DNA from: an uncultured bacterium
GTDB lineage: Bacteria > Armatimonadota > UBA5829
Assembly: GCA_964523735.1 (NCBI GenBank)
Contig: CAZFYZ010000007.1
Span: 1-58,722, forward strand
Direction: 5' to 3'
Length of the DNA: 58,722 bases
The position numbers and the translations under genes were made by a program. Below the pieces are notes generated by a model. That model was not told the DNA's origin. It saw only the letters and a list, made by a program, of their open reading frames with translations, and searched no databases. This document shows, in pieces, positions 27,031 to 36,500 of the stretch. How positions within the stretch are numbered: position 1 is the first letter of the stretch; each line of letters opens with the position of its first letter.

Positions 27031-27950
27031 CAGTCATGCTCCTGGCAATCGAAGCAAACCGGCGCATTGTCGTTATCAGCGCCGCTTCCATGGCCGTGAT
27101 CCTGCGTAAACCGGATCACGAGGTCCAGCCCGGTCGCGAGCGATAGATGGATGGTGCCATCGGCCTCTATCATCCCTGCGTGGCCGCTCTCCACTGCGCG
27201 GAAGCTCTTCGACCCGCCGGAGATGCTGCGAGCCTGCACCTCTTCGCCAACTCCATCGATGCGGCTGATTCCGACGATATTCACCGTGCCGGTCGGATTG
27301 ATGATGATGGCGAGCTTTTCCTGTCGCAGCACATCAAGCCGAGTTCCATCCGGCAGCGCCGCCGTATATCTGCCATCCGCCGCAAGCGTCGGTTCGACGT
27401 CGTGAGGCAGTCCCTCCATTCCACAGGCGTCGTGCGTCACCGCTATGGCATCAGATATAAGATCAAGCTCCATCCCGCCCGGCAGCGTAACTCTGCCCGC
27501 GCGAGACGGAGAGACTGGCATTGCCGTGCCATTCTCACCGATAGAGACCAGTCCTCCATCGGGCAGGACTCTCAGGAACGCTCCATCCGAAAGCGAGAAC
27601 AACCGACCGCCGTCGGGAAGATCGCGGATAGTAGTCCCGACCGGCACTGACTGGAAAGGATGCGCATCCGCGTCATCATCCAAGCGGCGCAGGTATTCAC
27701 CGGCGCTCTGCTGGTGCAGGGCAAGCATTCTCTGCGCCTCCTGCTGGAGTTGCTGGGTCGCAAACCAGGTCTGCTCCATGATCGTGCGGATGGCGCTAAG
27801 ATCATCAGCCATCCGTTCCAGATGAGGCCGCTCGTGGTCCAGGCCGAACCATTTCCAGAGACCTTGAGCAATTGCCATCAGCTCATAATGGTTCTCCGAA
27901 GAACTGGTCTGCTCCATAAGCGGCTGTAGTGTTGTCTCGTTATCTGCCAT
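27030..27950 (-). CDS. hypothetical baseplate-region protein with LPDGG/LPDGT repeats and Cys/His-rich C-terminus
   Basis: 306-aa ORF. Motifs DLPDGGRLF, VLPDGGLV and ALPDGTRL. Ends HGHGSGADNDNAPVCFDCQEHD. Coupled to its neighbours by short overlaps. Confidence 0.55.
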   Translation of the reverse strand: MADNETTLQPLMEQTSSSENHYELMAIAQGLWKWFGLDHERPHLERMADDLSAIRTIMEQTWFATQQLQQEAQRMLALHQQSAGEYLRRLDDDADAHPFQSVPVGTTIRDLPDGGRLFSLSDGAFLRVLPDGGLVSIGENGTAMPVSPSRAGRVTLPGGMELDLISDAIAVTHDACGMEGLPHDVEPTLAADGRYTAALPDGTRLDVLRQEKLAIIINPTGTVNIVGISRIDGVGEEVQARSISGGSKSFRAVESGHAGMIEADGTIHLSLATGLDLVIRFTQDHGHGSGADNDNAPVCFDCQEHD

Positions 27951-28707
27951 TTATCACATCCTCCGGTGACAGGAGCCTGATGTTGCCGACATACCAGCCG
28001 TCAAACATCTGATAGAGCGCATCTTTGGTGTCCCATACAAAGCGCACCGTGACGCTTCTGCCGATAAACTCCCACAAGTCGACTCGCTCCGTTCGCCTGG
28101 GGATAACACACGGCTGATTCCAGGCGGGATAGATCACGTATGGTGGGTTGAAATTGCGCTTCCACTTATTGTTGAAATAGAGGTCAAGGCAGTCGTGATT
28201 GTGCGCCGCCATACTCTCTATCTCGCCCCAGACATCAAAAGCAAGCCAGTAGTGCTTATCAAGGTCCAGCATCAACGCAAGCTCGCCCTTCACGCGTATG
28301 TTGCAGCCCCACTGATCGAACCAGTCGGTGAAGTACTTGAAGTGCCAGACTCCATCCGGCAGCTCTTCCACGTAGCCGCTTGGCACGATCTCACGAATAG
28401 GAGGCTTCGCGGGAGCCTGCTCCTGCTCAATTCCGACCTCCACCTGGACATAACGGCGGGAGGCAACGATACCTTCGCAAACTGCTTCGGCCACGATAAC
28501 GGCCGCACCGGCGTTAGCGCCGTAAGTGAGCACTCCGCTTGATACTGCGGCTATGGTCGGCTCCGTTGTTGTAAAGGACACATTCCCATTGGGATTGCCA
28601 AGGATTTCGAGCGGCACTGACTTCGCCACCTGATCATACGGTTGCACGATAAGCCTGGGCCTGACATTCCAGTATGGAAACGCTAGCGGGCTCTCAAGCA
28701 TCGGCAA
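27940..28707 (-). CDS. Big_2-like Ig domain protein with C-terminal jelly-roll-like domain
   Basis: The N-terminus VPLEILGNPNGNVSFTTTEPTIAAVSSGVLTYGANAGAAVIVAEA is like bacterial Ig group 2. The C-terminus ends ...DGWYVGNIRL, a pattern seen in carbohydrate-binding jelly rolls. Confidence 0.55.
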   Translation of the reverse strand: MPMLESPLAFPYWNVRPRLIVQPYDQVAKSVPLEILGNPNGNVSFTTTEPTIAAVSSGVLTYGANAGAAVIVAEAVCEGIVASRRYVQVEVGIEQEQAPAKPPIREIVPSGYVEELPDGVWHFKYFTDWFDQWGCNIRVKGELALMLDLDKHYWLAFDVWGEIESMAAHNHDCLDLYFNNKWKRNFNPPYVIYPAWNQPCVIPRRTERVDLWEFIGRSVTVRFVWDTKDALYQMFDGWYVGNIRLLSPEDVINGR

Positions 28708-28978
28708 CCGCCGCAGCGACGCTTATAACCTCAACCTGCACATACCGAACGCTCGAGCGGTCCTCACTGTCGTAAGCAGCGATGATCGTCGCGCCCACGT
28801 TGTAGCCCAGGGAGACAAGACCATCCTCACTTACAGTCGCTATGGCCATGTTCGATACATCGAAGCGCACTTGGCCCCTTGGATTGCCACGAACCGATAG
28901 CGGCACGGTCATGTTGAGTGAGCCATGCGAAACCCTTATTGACTTGGGAAACACATCCCAATATTGCACCTGATCCAA
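28694..28978 (-). CDS. Big_2-like Ig domain protein (94 aa), paralogue of the N-terminus of the next gene
   Basis: VPLSVRGNPRGQVRFDVSNMAIATVSEDGLVSLGYNVGATIIAAY...VRYVQVEV aligns with the N-terminal 95 aa of the 27940-28707 product (..RRYVQVEV). Confidence 0.55.
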   Translation of the reverse strand: MDQVQYWDVFPKSIRVSHGSLNMTVPLSVRGNPRGQVRFDVSNMAIATVSEDGLVSLGYNVGATIIAAYDSEDRSSVRYVQVEVISVAAAVADA

Positions 28979-28986
28979 TGCTCACC

Positions 28987-29253
28987 TCAGTTCTCAAAAA
29001 CATTCAAGCTGCCGCTTACTATCACGGCACCGCAGCCTGCGATATCACCGAGCCTTGCGTTGGGCCTGCCATCCGTTATGATGTTCATACTCCCGCCAAC
29101 GATGGGAGTCACGCCGTGTCCGGGAATCGGGCATACATGCATATCACCCACTCGTGCAACCGGCCTGCCGTTCACGAGCGTGGTTACTGACCCTGTGATG
29201 ATCGTACCGCCGTGACTTGAGGTGTCGCCAAGTCTCGCTTGCGGTCTAGCCAT
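28987..29253 (-). CDS. PAAR-domain spike-tip protein
   Basis: MARPQARLGDTSSHGG, GRPVARVGDMHVCP and GRPNARLGDIAGCG form three PAAR-type repeats. Start at Met31 of the track ORF, with GGAGG 9 nt upstream. Confidence 0.85.
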   Translation of the reverse strand: MARPQARLGDTSSHGGTIITGSVTTLVNGRPVARVGDMHVCPIPGHGVTPIVGGSMNIITDGRPNARLGDIAGCGAVIVSGSLNVFEN

Positions 29254-29255
29254 GA

Positions 29256-29645
29256 TCAGTGCCTCCCGAAGTAGTTGATGATCGCGCTTATGATGCCACT
29301 CACGATTCCGCCTAGAGTCACCACCAGGCCGACCACCTTCCACATGGTGTCGGTCCCGACTTTGCCATCCATCGCAGAATTGAGATTCTTGATCTCATCG
29401 GCATGGCGGCGCAGATCATCATTGACGCCGCGAACGATAAGGTCGACATACTCGCGGTCGCTCTTCTTTTCGATGCGCTGCTCGATCATCTCAAGGCGAT
29501 TCTGTATATCGCGGCGATGATCTTCGAGTATCGTGCGAAACTCCGAGCGCCAGGCATCGAAGGTCTTTGCGAGCATCCTCTCGCTATCCACCCATCCGCA
29601 CTGGGTCGGGCCCTGGCATTCGTTGTGAACGAGTTCGTCTTTCAT
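29256..29645 (-). CDS. coiled-coil protein with C-terminal transmembrane anchor (129 aa)
   Basis: Start ATG overlaps the gpV stop (ATGA). Central charged helical region. C-terminal hydrophobic helix MWKVVGLVVTLGGIVSGIISAIINYF. Confidence 0.6.
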   Translation of the reverse strand: MKDELVHNECQGPTQCGWVDSERMLAKTFDAWRSEFRTILEDHRRDIQNRLEMIEQRIEKKSDREYVDLIVRGVNDDLRRHADEIKNLNSAMDGKVGTDTMWKVVGLVVTLGGIVSGIISAIINYFGRH

Positions 29646-30664
29646 GGATTGATAAGCACCTTCCCAGACGAGCGCACAACGATATGCCCGGCTGACCCGT
29701 CCATTATCACCTTGCTTCCGGTTCTGTCTTTGAGTCGAATCTGCTCCTTGCCCGAAGCCGAAATAATACGGACTTCCTGTGTGCCACCAAGCCCCCAGAT
29801 ACTGATGCTCTCCCGGCCCTTGGTGGTGTCGATGAGTATCTTCTGCCAACGAGACCGGGTCTTGTCGCAGGAGAGAATGTGAATCTTCTCCTTCTCGTGC
29901 CAGGCTTCAAGCCGGACGAACTGACGGCAGACATCCGTTATCTGAACAAACGCTTTGCCGCCTTTGATATCCCGCGAGATATCGATTTGCTGACCTGTCG
30001 CACCAGCACCCGCTTCGCTGTTTGTTTGAGTGTCTTGCGCATCGTACGTCCCACGCCGCCGAGTATTTTCACTTTGAACCTCCGCCTTAACTGGGCAGTG
30101 CATATGCAGTATCTGTCCGGCCCTGTCGATTATCTTTAGAAACTCCTCTTCGTCCCGGTCGTCCATCACGATGGTATGGCCGGTCTCGGTCTTCACGAGC
30201 ACCTTTCTGCGCGGGCAGTAGTAATCCGGGTGAGAGTGGAACTTGTCGTGTTCCCGATCATCCGCCGAGTCCATCGCGTGCTCGCATTTGTCTTCGCAGT
30301 CCCGACAGGTCGCGGACGAACACAGCCGCTTCGACTCCTGGGGCTGTTCACCCGGGTTGGATCCTGCGAGCCAGACACCGCTCCAGATGGGGTATTGCGG
30401 GTCGCCGCCCTCAAACTCCGCCCAGACCGACGCGGCCTCTTCGGGGATCAGGAACATGCCGGTATCATCATTGCCGCCATAGAGAAAGCAGGGCCATGCC
30501 CAGTCCGACCAGTTATCTTTGCCGACTCCGAGGACTGCAGGCACTTCCAAACGACATCTGCCCAGTCTCTCCGGGTCGTTATTATCACGCACGAAGGCGC
30601 GGTACTTGCCGTACCATTTGTCCTTGTAGCGCTCCTCGTGTTGCTGGTCTTGAAACTCAAGCAT
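29642..30664 (-). CDS. baseplate central spike, gpV / gp5 / VgrG-like
   Basis: YGKYRAFVRDNNDPERLGRCRLEVPAVLG...WAWPC...GMFLIPEEAASVWAEFEGGDPQYPIWSG is the Phage_base_V OB-fold signature. Confidence 0.85.
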   Translation of the reverse strand: MLEFQDQQHEERYKDKWYGKYRAFVRDNNDPERLGRCRLEVPAVLGVGKDNWSDWAWPCFLYGGNDDTGMFLIPEEAASVWAEFEGGDPQYPIWSGVWLAGSNPGEQPQESKRLCSSATCRDCEDKCEHAMDSADDREHDKFHSHPDYYCPRRKVLVKTETGHTIVMDDRDEEEFLKIIDRAGQILHMHCPVKAEVQSENTRRRGTYDAQDTQTNSEAGAGATGQQIDISRDIKGGKAFVQITDVCRQFVRLEAWHEKEKIHILSCDKTRSRWQKILIDTTKGRESISIWGLGGTQEVRIISASGKEQIRLKDRTGSKVIMDGSAGHIVVRSSGKVLINP

Positions 30665-30677
30665 GGCCCACTCCTAT

Positions 30678-30989
30678 CTACAGCCAGCGGAAGACTTCGC
30701 GAAGAACACGCAAGATAACGGACTTTGGCGTCTTCTTCACGTCGACCTTGGCAACGGAGTCACGGATGGCGTCCTTCGCCGCATCGGGAAGCTTCTTCTC
30801 CGTCCCTGCTACTCCGCTCTTGACCTCACCGGCCCCCACGCGCTCGATGACACCTATCACGGTATCAAGCGCGAGCGCCTGCGCACGGCCCCAGGCTGTC
30901 AGCTTGATGATGGTGAGCAGCGAGACAAGAAACGTCGCGAAGAGCTCCTTGTGGCTGAGAATGAACGTTACAATCTGATCGATCTGCAT
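30678..30989 (-). CDS. small membrane protein (103 aa, one N-terminal TM helix)
   Basis: LFATFLVSLLTIIKLTAW is a hydrophobic helix, followed by a charged tail. It lies between the gpD-like and gpV-like genes. Confidence 0.5.
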   Translation of the reverse strand: MQIDQIVTFILSHKELFATFLVSLLTIIKLTAWGRAQALALDTVIGVIERVGAGEVKSGVAGTEKKLPDAAKDAIRDSVAKVDVKKTPKSVILRVLREVFRWL

Positions 30990-31007
30990 TATGCGGTTGC
31001 CTCCTTG

Positions 31008-32378
31008 TTACTTGCTGAGAATGCGCCCTGTATTGGCGTCGATTCGGACCATCTGCGGCTTCGGATTCACCGGCCTTGCCGGTTGGGGCCGTTTGACCTG
31101 TGCGGTGTGTCCCGACTTGGTCGCTGCCTGCTTCTCTTCGACTCGGCTCAGGACAGGCTTGGGATGTCGCGGCGCTTCGTGATCGTTGCGCTTGCCTTTG
31201 GCCTCGACTGACTTGCTGCCAGCGCCCTTTCCCAGCGCGTTGCGCTTGAGCTTCAGCTCGCATGAATATCCATCGCCGAAGACGTGCCGCACCGAGGTGC
31301 AGTAGTATGTGCCGGAGAACTTTCTACCGACTCCCTTGATCTCGATGTTCTGCTTTGCGTGCAGTGTCGGTATGCCGATGGTGACTGCGGCCGCTTCTAC
31401 CTGCCGAAGCTCGGCTTCTTTGAAATGCCCCTCCGCTTTGTCCTGAGCAGGCTCCTGGCGTGGCTCTTCGTGAAAGCTCTCCGACCGCTCGAAGCTCTGC
31501 GCAATCTTGCCCGACTCTTGCTTGCGGAATTTGCCTTCGCCGGTGTTGCCGTCGACGAGGTATGTCTTTTTGCCAAGCGAAGTCCGGTCTGTCGCGGTTG
31601 CGTTGTTGGCCGCATGTTCGACGTGGCCCTTCTTGCGTGGATCGACGCCGACAGCCTTGGTCTCCGTGCCAGCGCCTTTCACGCCCTGCGACTGAGTCGA
31701 CGGAGTGAATGAGCGCAGCACTCCCTCGCGGTCGGTGAAGTACTCCAGCGCCATCCCCGGTCGCGATTCGAGCTTCCTTGGGTGGAAGTGTAATTCGTCG
31801 TCCTGGATGTAGAACACGAACCCGGTCACTCCCTTGCCGTCCTTGTCACGGCTCTTGGCAGCAAGCTCTTTGAGAAACTGGGCGTCGGAAAGATTGCCCT
31901 GTGCCACCCTGAGATGCCTGCCAACGGTCTTTGTCACCACAGTAGTCAACCCATGCTCTGTTGCGATTTTCTCCGCGATCTCCGAGTAGAGAATGCCGGG
32001 GGCGGGCTTCCGCCACACGCGCTGAATCTGTTTTCCAGCGAGTTTGTGGCCCTTGTCGTAAGCCTTGAGCTTGATAGTTGGCTCACCGGTTTCAGGGAAG
32101 TCATAGTCGATATCCTTGATGACCGCGACCTTCTTGGGCGAGAGATCGTCAGCGTAGCCAAACCGAGCTGTGATCTCATTGCCTTCTTGAAAGAGCGGAT
32201 CGTCCACGAACTGCAGATACCTGTCCGTGACTGATATCTCCATCACATCCATTTCCTCTTCGTTGTCCTCAAAGACAAACGAGGTTATCTCATGGGTGAT
32301 GTCCTTGGAGAGCCGTCTGCCCTCGATCTCTATCAGGAATGTTGGCTGGTACACGTCCAGTTGCATCGCGTGATTCAC
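31008..32378 (-). CDS. late control protein D-like (gpD) baseplate hub protein
   Basis: 456-aa ORF. YQPTFLIEIEGRRLSKDITHEITSFVFEDNEEEMDVMEISV...GNEITARFGY and QGNLSDAQFLKELA follow the Phage_GPD pattern. The start may be the internal ATG at 32366. Confidence 0.8.
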   Translation of the reverse strand: MNHAMQLDVYQPTFLIEIEGRRLSKDITHEITSFVFEDNEEEMDVMEISVTDRYLQFVDDPLFQEGNEITARFGYADDLSPKKVAVIKDIDYDFPETGEPTIKLKAYDKGHKLAGKQIQRVWRKPAPGILYSEIAEKIATEHGLTTVVTKTVGRHLRVAQGNLSDAQFLKELAAKSRDKDGKGVTGFVFYIQDDELHFHPRKLESRPGMALEYFTDREGVLRSFTPSTQSQGVKGAGTETKAVGVDPRKKGHVEHAANNATATDRTSLGKKTYLVDGNTGEGKFRKQESGKIAQSFERSESFHEEPRQEPAQDKAEGHFKEAELRQVEAAAVTIGIPTLHAKQNIEIKGVGRKFSGTYYCTSVRHVFGDGYSCELKLKRNALGKGAGSKSVEAKGKRNDHEAPRHPKPVLSRVEEKQAATKSGHTAQVKRPQPARPVNPKPQMVRIDANTGRILSK

Positions 32379-32482
32379 CGACCTCTAGTAGGTTAAATGC
32401 CGTGGCGTTCACTGGAGTGTTCGGTTTTCGAAGGAGGCCACAGATCCGGGGTGCATAGTCCAAGCGGATGGGGATGCTCAGA

Positions 32483-32773
32483 TCACTGGAGTATTCTCAT
32501 CTCAACATGCTCTACCGACGGCAACCTGAGCACTCTTCCAAGCTCGATCTCTAGCGGAAAGAAGATGTCGTTGTAGTCGCAGACAACCCACCAGAGTTCC
32601 GCCCGGCCAAGATAGCGATAGGCAATGAGGTCGATGCGATCTCCTTCGACCACGGTATGGAACACATCGTCAGGCCGAGGCGAAGTATCTATGGGCTGCC
32701 TGGTTCCCATAAATTCCTGGTCGCTGTCCACGTAGAGAATGCACGTGGCGTATCTTGAGTCCGGACCTATCAC
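32483..32773 (-). CDS. tail protein X-like / LysM-like protein
   Basis: HTVVEGDRIDLIAYRYLGRAELWWVVCDYNDI...LGRVLRLP has the LysM/gpX pattern. It lies immediately upstream of gpD, as in P2-type tails. Confidence 0.7.
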   Translation of the reverse strand: MIGPDSRYATCILYVDSDQEFMGTRQPIDTSPRPDDVFHTVVEGDRIDLIAYRYLGRAELWWVVCDYNDIFFPLEIELGRVLRLPSVEHVEMRILQ

Positions 32774-33240
32774 CTGCGCACCTCCGTGTAATCGACTGAC
32801 TTCGCGACTATCTCCTCAAGAGTCACGTCTACCTCGGCATGCTGCGGGAGCAGACTGTCTTTATCGAAGAGATGGAAGTAGCGCGTTCTTACCTGCCGCA
32901 CCACGCACATCGTCCCCGGATAAAGATCGCCGAGGAAGAAGAGCACCTTGTGCGGTGCGTTCTTGAGCATAGTCCTCTCGTGCTGTGGATAAAGCAGCGA
33001 CTGCAGCCAGGCCACTTTCTCTTTGACCGGTCCCTTGAAAAGCGAGAGCTTGAATGATATCTTCCGAGCTTCACCAGAGACATACTGATAGCGCGGATGG
33101 CTCATGCCGGGCACCTTTATGGTGGCGAAGTCAGTGCTCTTGTCGTCGGTTATCTCGTCGGGATTGTACTGGAACTCCAGCGACTCGCGAGTCACAACAT
33201 CCACGATGTAGCCAGTCGTCTTCCTTAGATCAGCGCGCAA
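32770..33240 (-). CDS. contractile-injection-system tube-like protein (tube initiator/baseplate hub candidate)
   Basis: SLEFQYNPDEITDDKSTDFATIKVPGMSHPRYQYVSGEARKISFKLSLF matches the N-terminal CIS tube-protein pattern. Start assigned to a TTG with GGAGG 7 nt upstream. The long track ORF N-terminus overlaps the preceding gene. Confidence 0.6.
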   Translation of the reverse strand: MRADLRKTTGYIVDVVTRESLEFQYNPDEITDDKSTDFATIKVPGMSHPRYQYVSGEARKISFKLSLFKGPVKEKVAWLQSLLYPQHERTMLKNAPHKVLFFLGDLYPGTMCVVRQVRTRYFHLFDKDSLLPQHAEVDVTLEEIVAKSVDYTEVRR

Positions 33241-33569
33241 GACCGGACCTCCTGGATCATGACGATGGGTTTGCCGATTCGCCGTGCATGTTCCATCTCC
33301 CGGCGCATTCCGTCCGAGACGCCTTCGCCGACATATGCCCATACCACGCCACAAATCTCCATGAAGCGCAGACCCATCGATATGCCGAGATCACGCTCAC
33401 GCGAGTCGAGGTCATTCAGAAACTGCGTATAGAGAAGGTGCGGGGCGAACGGCGCAAGTCCTGCATCAGTAGCCATGCGGCAGAGCACCTGAGCTACTCG
33501 CACGTTATGCTCGATGTCACCCGCATATCTGCTGCAGATGAAGACCCTCTGCGCCTCAGGCTGACTCAT
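33225..33569 (-). CDS. nucleoside 2-deoxyribosyltransferase-like (DUF4406/DUF1937-like) protein
   Basis: VFICSRYAGDIEHNVRVA...GLAPFAPHLLYTQFLND...CGVVWAYVGEGVSDGMRREMEHARRIGKPIVMI fits the pattern I recall for this Rossmann-like family. It overlaps the tape-measure stop by 14 nt. Confidence 0.5.
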   Translation of the reverse strand: MSQPEAQRVFICSRYAGDIEHNVRVAQVLCRMATDAGLAPFAPHLLYTQFLNDLDSRERDLGISMGLRFMEICGVVWAYVGEGVSDGMRREMEHARRIGKPIVMIQEVRSCALI

Positions 33570-36500
33570 AGTTTCGAACCTTTCTCTCCCGCATATCCTT
33601 GTATACAGCCTGAGCGATCTTTCGGCCGTCGAGATTGGTAGTGACCGTTACGTCAATGGGTCGCTCCGCCACGCCATCGAGCTTCGCCAGGATCGCCTCA
33701 AGTATCGGCCGCATGTCCTGTGATGGTGCTTGTGTATCTGTGGTCTGGCTGCTGCCCAGTGATCCGCGTGTGATCGATAGCAGCCTGGTCCGGTTTGCCT
33801 GTCGGCCGCTAGCCTCGCCCACCGGCGCTCGCTCAATAGCAACACTCGATGGTGTAACCTCCGGTATTGCACCGGCTATTGCCGGGGTGAGCGCCAGCGT
33901 GCCCGCGACCGCTGTCGGCAGCACTGCGGACTTGGCAACTCCGAATGCCTGTCTGAGAGCCTGGGCTGGCAGTTTGGATGCACCGGCAATTCCAGAGCTG
34001 AAAGCCTCAAGTAAGGCAGCACCACTTCGCGTCAGTGTGGAGAGAGGCCCTTCTTTTGCGTCCGAGAAAGGCAGCAGCCTTCGAAGCCTCGAAAGCACCG
34101 ACCTTGCCGCCTCGTAAGGCACATTCATTGCCGAGCGGATACCGGAAGCGATGGTGGTCATCATTGAGCGTCCGCTTGCAAACGCGTTTGCAACAAGATT
34201 GCGTGCACCGGAGAGGATCGATGAGAACGCGCTGGATGCTGCGCTGCGCACTGTCGACCAGGCAGATGAAGCAAATCCCACGAGACTGGCGAACGGCGCT
34301 CTCAGCCACCCGATGGAGGACGACGCCATAGAGCGAATGCCTGACCATGCATATGATGCAGATCCTGCAACCCGCGACCATGCGGATCCCGCGACTCCGG
34401 CGACCCACCGAAAGGGTGCCGATACAGAGGAGTAGGCAGATGAGCCGATGGATATCACTGCATTCCAACCGGCAGATGCAGTTCCTGTGATCCCATTCCA
34501 AGCAGAACTCGCAATCTGCGCACCGGCCGATAGAGCACCGGAAAGCGTTGAGACGACCTGCGAGCCAATGGATTTCAAGCCATCCCATACCCAGCTAACA
34601 GACTCCAGCATGCGCTGGAATACATAACTCAGCGCCTGTGCCGGAAATGTCACCATCGAGAGCATCCCCTGAGCAAGCGTCCGCAGCAACGCCGCTCCTG
34701 ATGCGGTCAGAGACGAGAGTGGTCCAGTCTCGGCATCCGAGAATGGCAGCAGGCGTCGCAGCCAGCCAAGGGCGCGCTTCAACATCTCGAAGGGGTATGT
34801 GGCCGCCGACCAGATGCCTTGCGCGAGTGTGATGAGTATCTTCTTTCCTGCCTCCGTGAGATTCAACTGACCCGAAAGAAATGCTCGGATTGTCCCGAAC
34901 ACCCGGGAGAGCGTACTTATAATCGGTAGGTTCGTGAACACCAATAGCAGAGCCGAGCCCGCTGATCTGAAGAACCCGCTTAATCCTGAGAACAGCCCTC
35001 GCAAATACCCCCATGTCGTCGAGGCAACATCTTGCACCCACGCAAATGGAGTCGAGAGATATTGGTAGATCGCGCTGCCTATGGATTTGAGCCCATCCAT
35101 CACTGATATATTGCCTGTAATCATCTGCCAAACCGTATATGCGACACGGCCTAACGCGAGCAAGCCTTGTACGAGCATCCGCAGCGGCAGGAAGAACTTG
35201 TAGACGTAGGGGGCCGCCGCGACAAAGGCCCCAATGATGACCCCGCCAAGCCAGAGAGTAGCTCTCACAACCAGCGCCACAACCCGGATAACGAACACAA
35301 GTGGGTAGATCACGAACTTCAGCACGTGCGCCCCGATCTGCAGAATCACGCCGAGCACCTTGCCAAGCGTCTGCCCCAGGCTCCTAAACGATGATGAATC
35401 CACCGACGTTGCGGCCTTGCCGAAGATCGCAAACACCGAAAGCACCGCTCCTCCCAGCTCAGAGAACGCGCCGGTCATCGCACGGATAGCGGGCTCCAAT
35501 ATCTTACGGATGCTTCCGAATACAGAGGAGAACGCATCCCACAGCCCGGTAAGAAACTGCCGCACGCGGTAGTAGACCTGGAAAACCGTGGTGACGAACT
35601 TCATAAGCCCAGCCGCCTCAAGCTTCTTGGCAAGCTCCGCAGACATCTGGCCGCCGCCGCCAGAGAGCGAACTGAAAAGCGCGCGTATGCCCTGGAATGC
35701 AAGGCTCACCTTGTTCCACACACCGAGAACCACATCTCGGATTCCGCCGAAGTTGGTTTCCCAGGCTCTCTTGAGAAGAACAACTGCAATGACCACAGTT
35801 GCGATGATGGCAACAACAGGCCAGAAGTAAGCTGAGACCGCCGCGCCGACTCCTGCAAGCATCGGCCCCAGCGCCGCGATTCCCGCCTGAACTGCTGGCA
35901 TTACAATACCAATCGTTCCTATAGCGGCGGTCACGCTGCCGACCACAACAAGTGCAGCGCCGAGTGCGACACAGAGTGTGAGGATAGCTCTCGTGACACC
36001 AGGCGTGGACTTCGCCATGTCCTGCAAGCGCAGGATGAACCGAGATATCCCCTGGAAGACCGGGATCACGACCGGCAGCAGAGTTCGTCCGAGGATCTCT
36101 GCCAGATTCTGGATCTGCTGTTTCATGAGAGCAAACTGCGAGCCAATATCCATATTCATGGCGTTTGCCATCTCCAGGGTGATCGCGGTGCCGCCTTTCA
36201 TTGCAGCCCCGACGCTCTTGATGTTGCCCTCGAGCTGGTCCATGCCCATAGACATCTGCAGCAGGAATCGCACAGCCTCGTCCGAGCCGAATGCTTTCTT
36301 CAGCTTCACTTGAGCCGCCGCCTGTGAGAGGTCCGGGAACTTGCCCTTTACTTCCTGCAGGATCGGCAGGATTCCCTTGAGCCTGCCACCCGCGTCCACA
36401 AACGAAAGGCCAAGCTCATCTCCCGCCTCGGCTACTTTCATCATGAAAGCCTTGTAGAGCGTGCCTGCTTCGGAACCCGGCATCGTTGTCTGGAGCTGGC

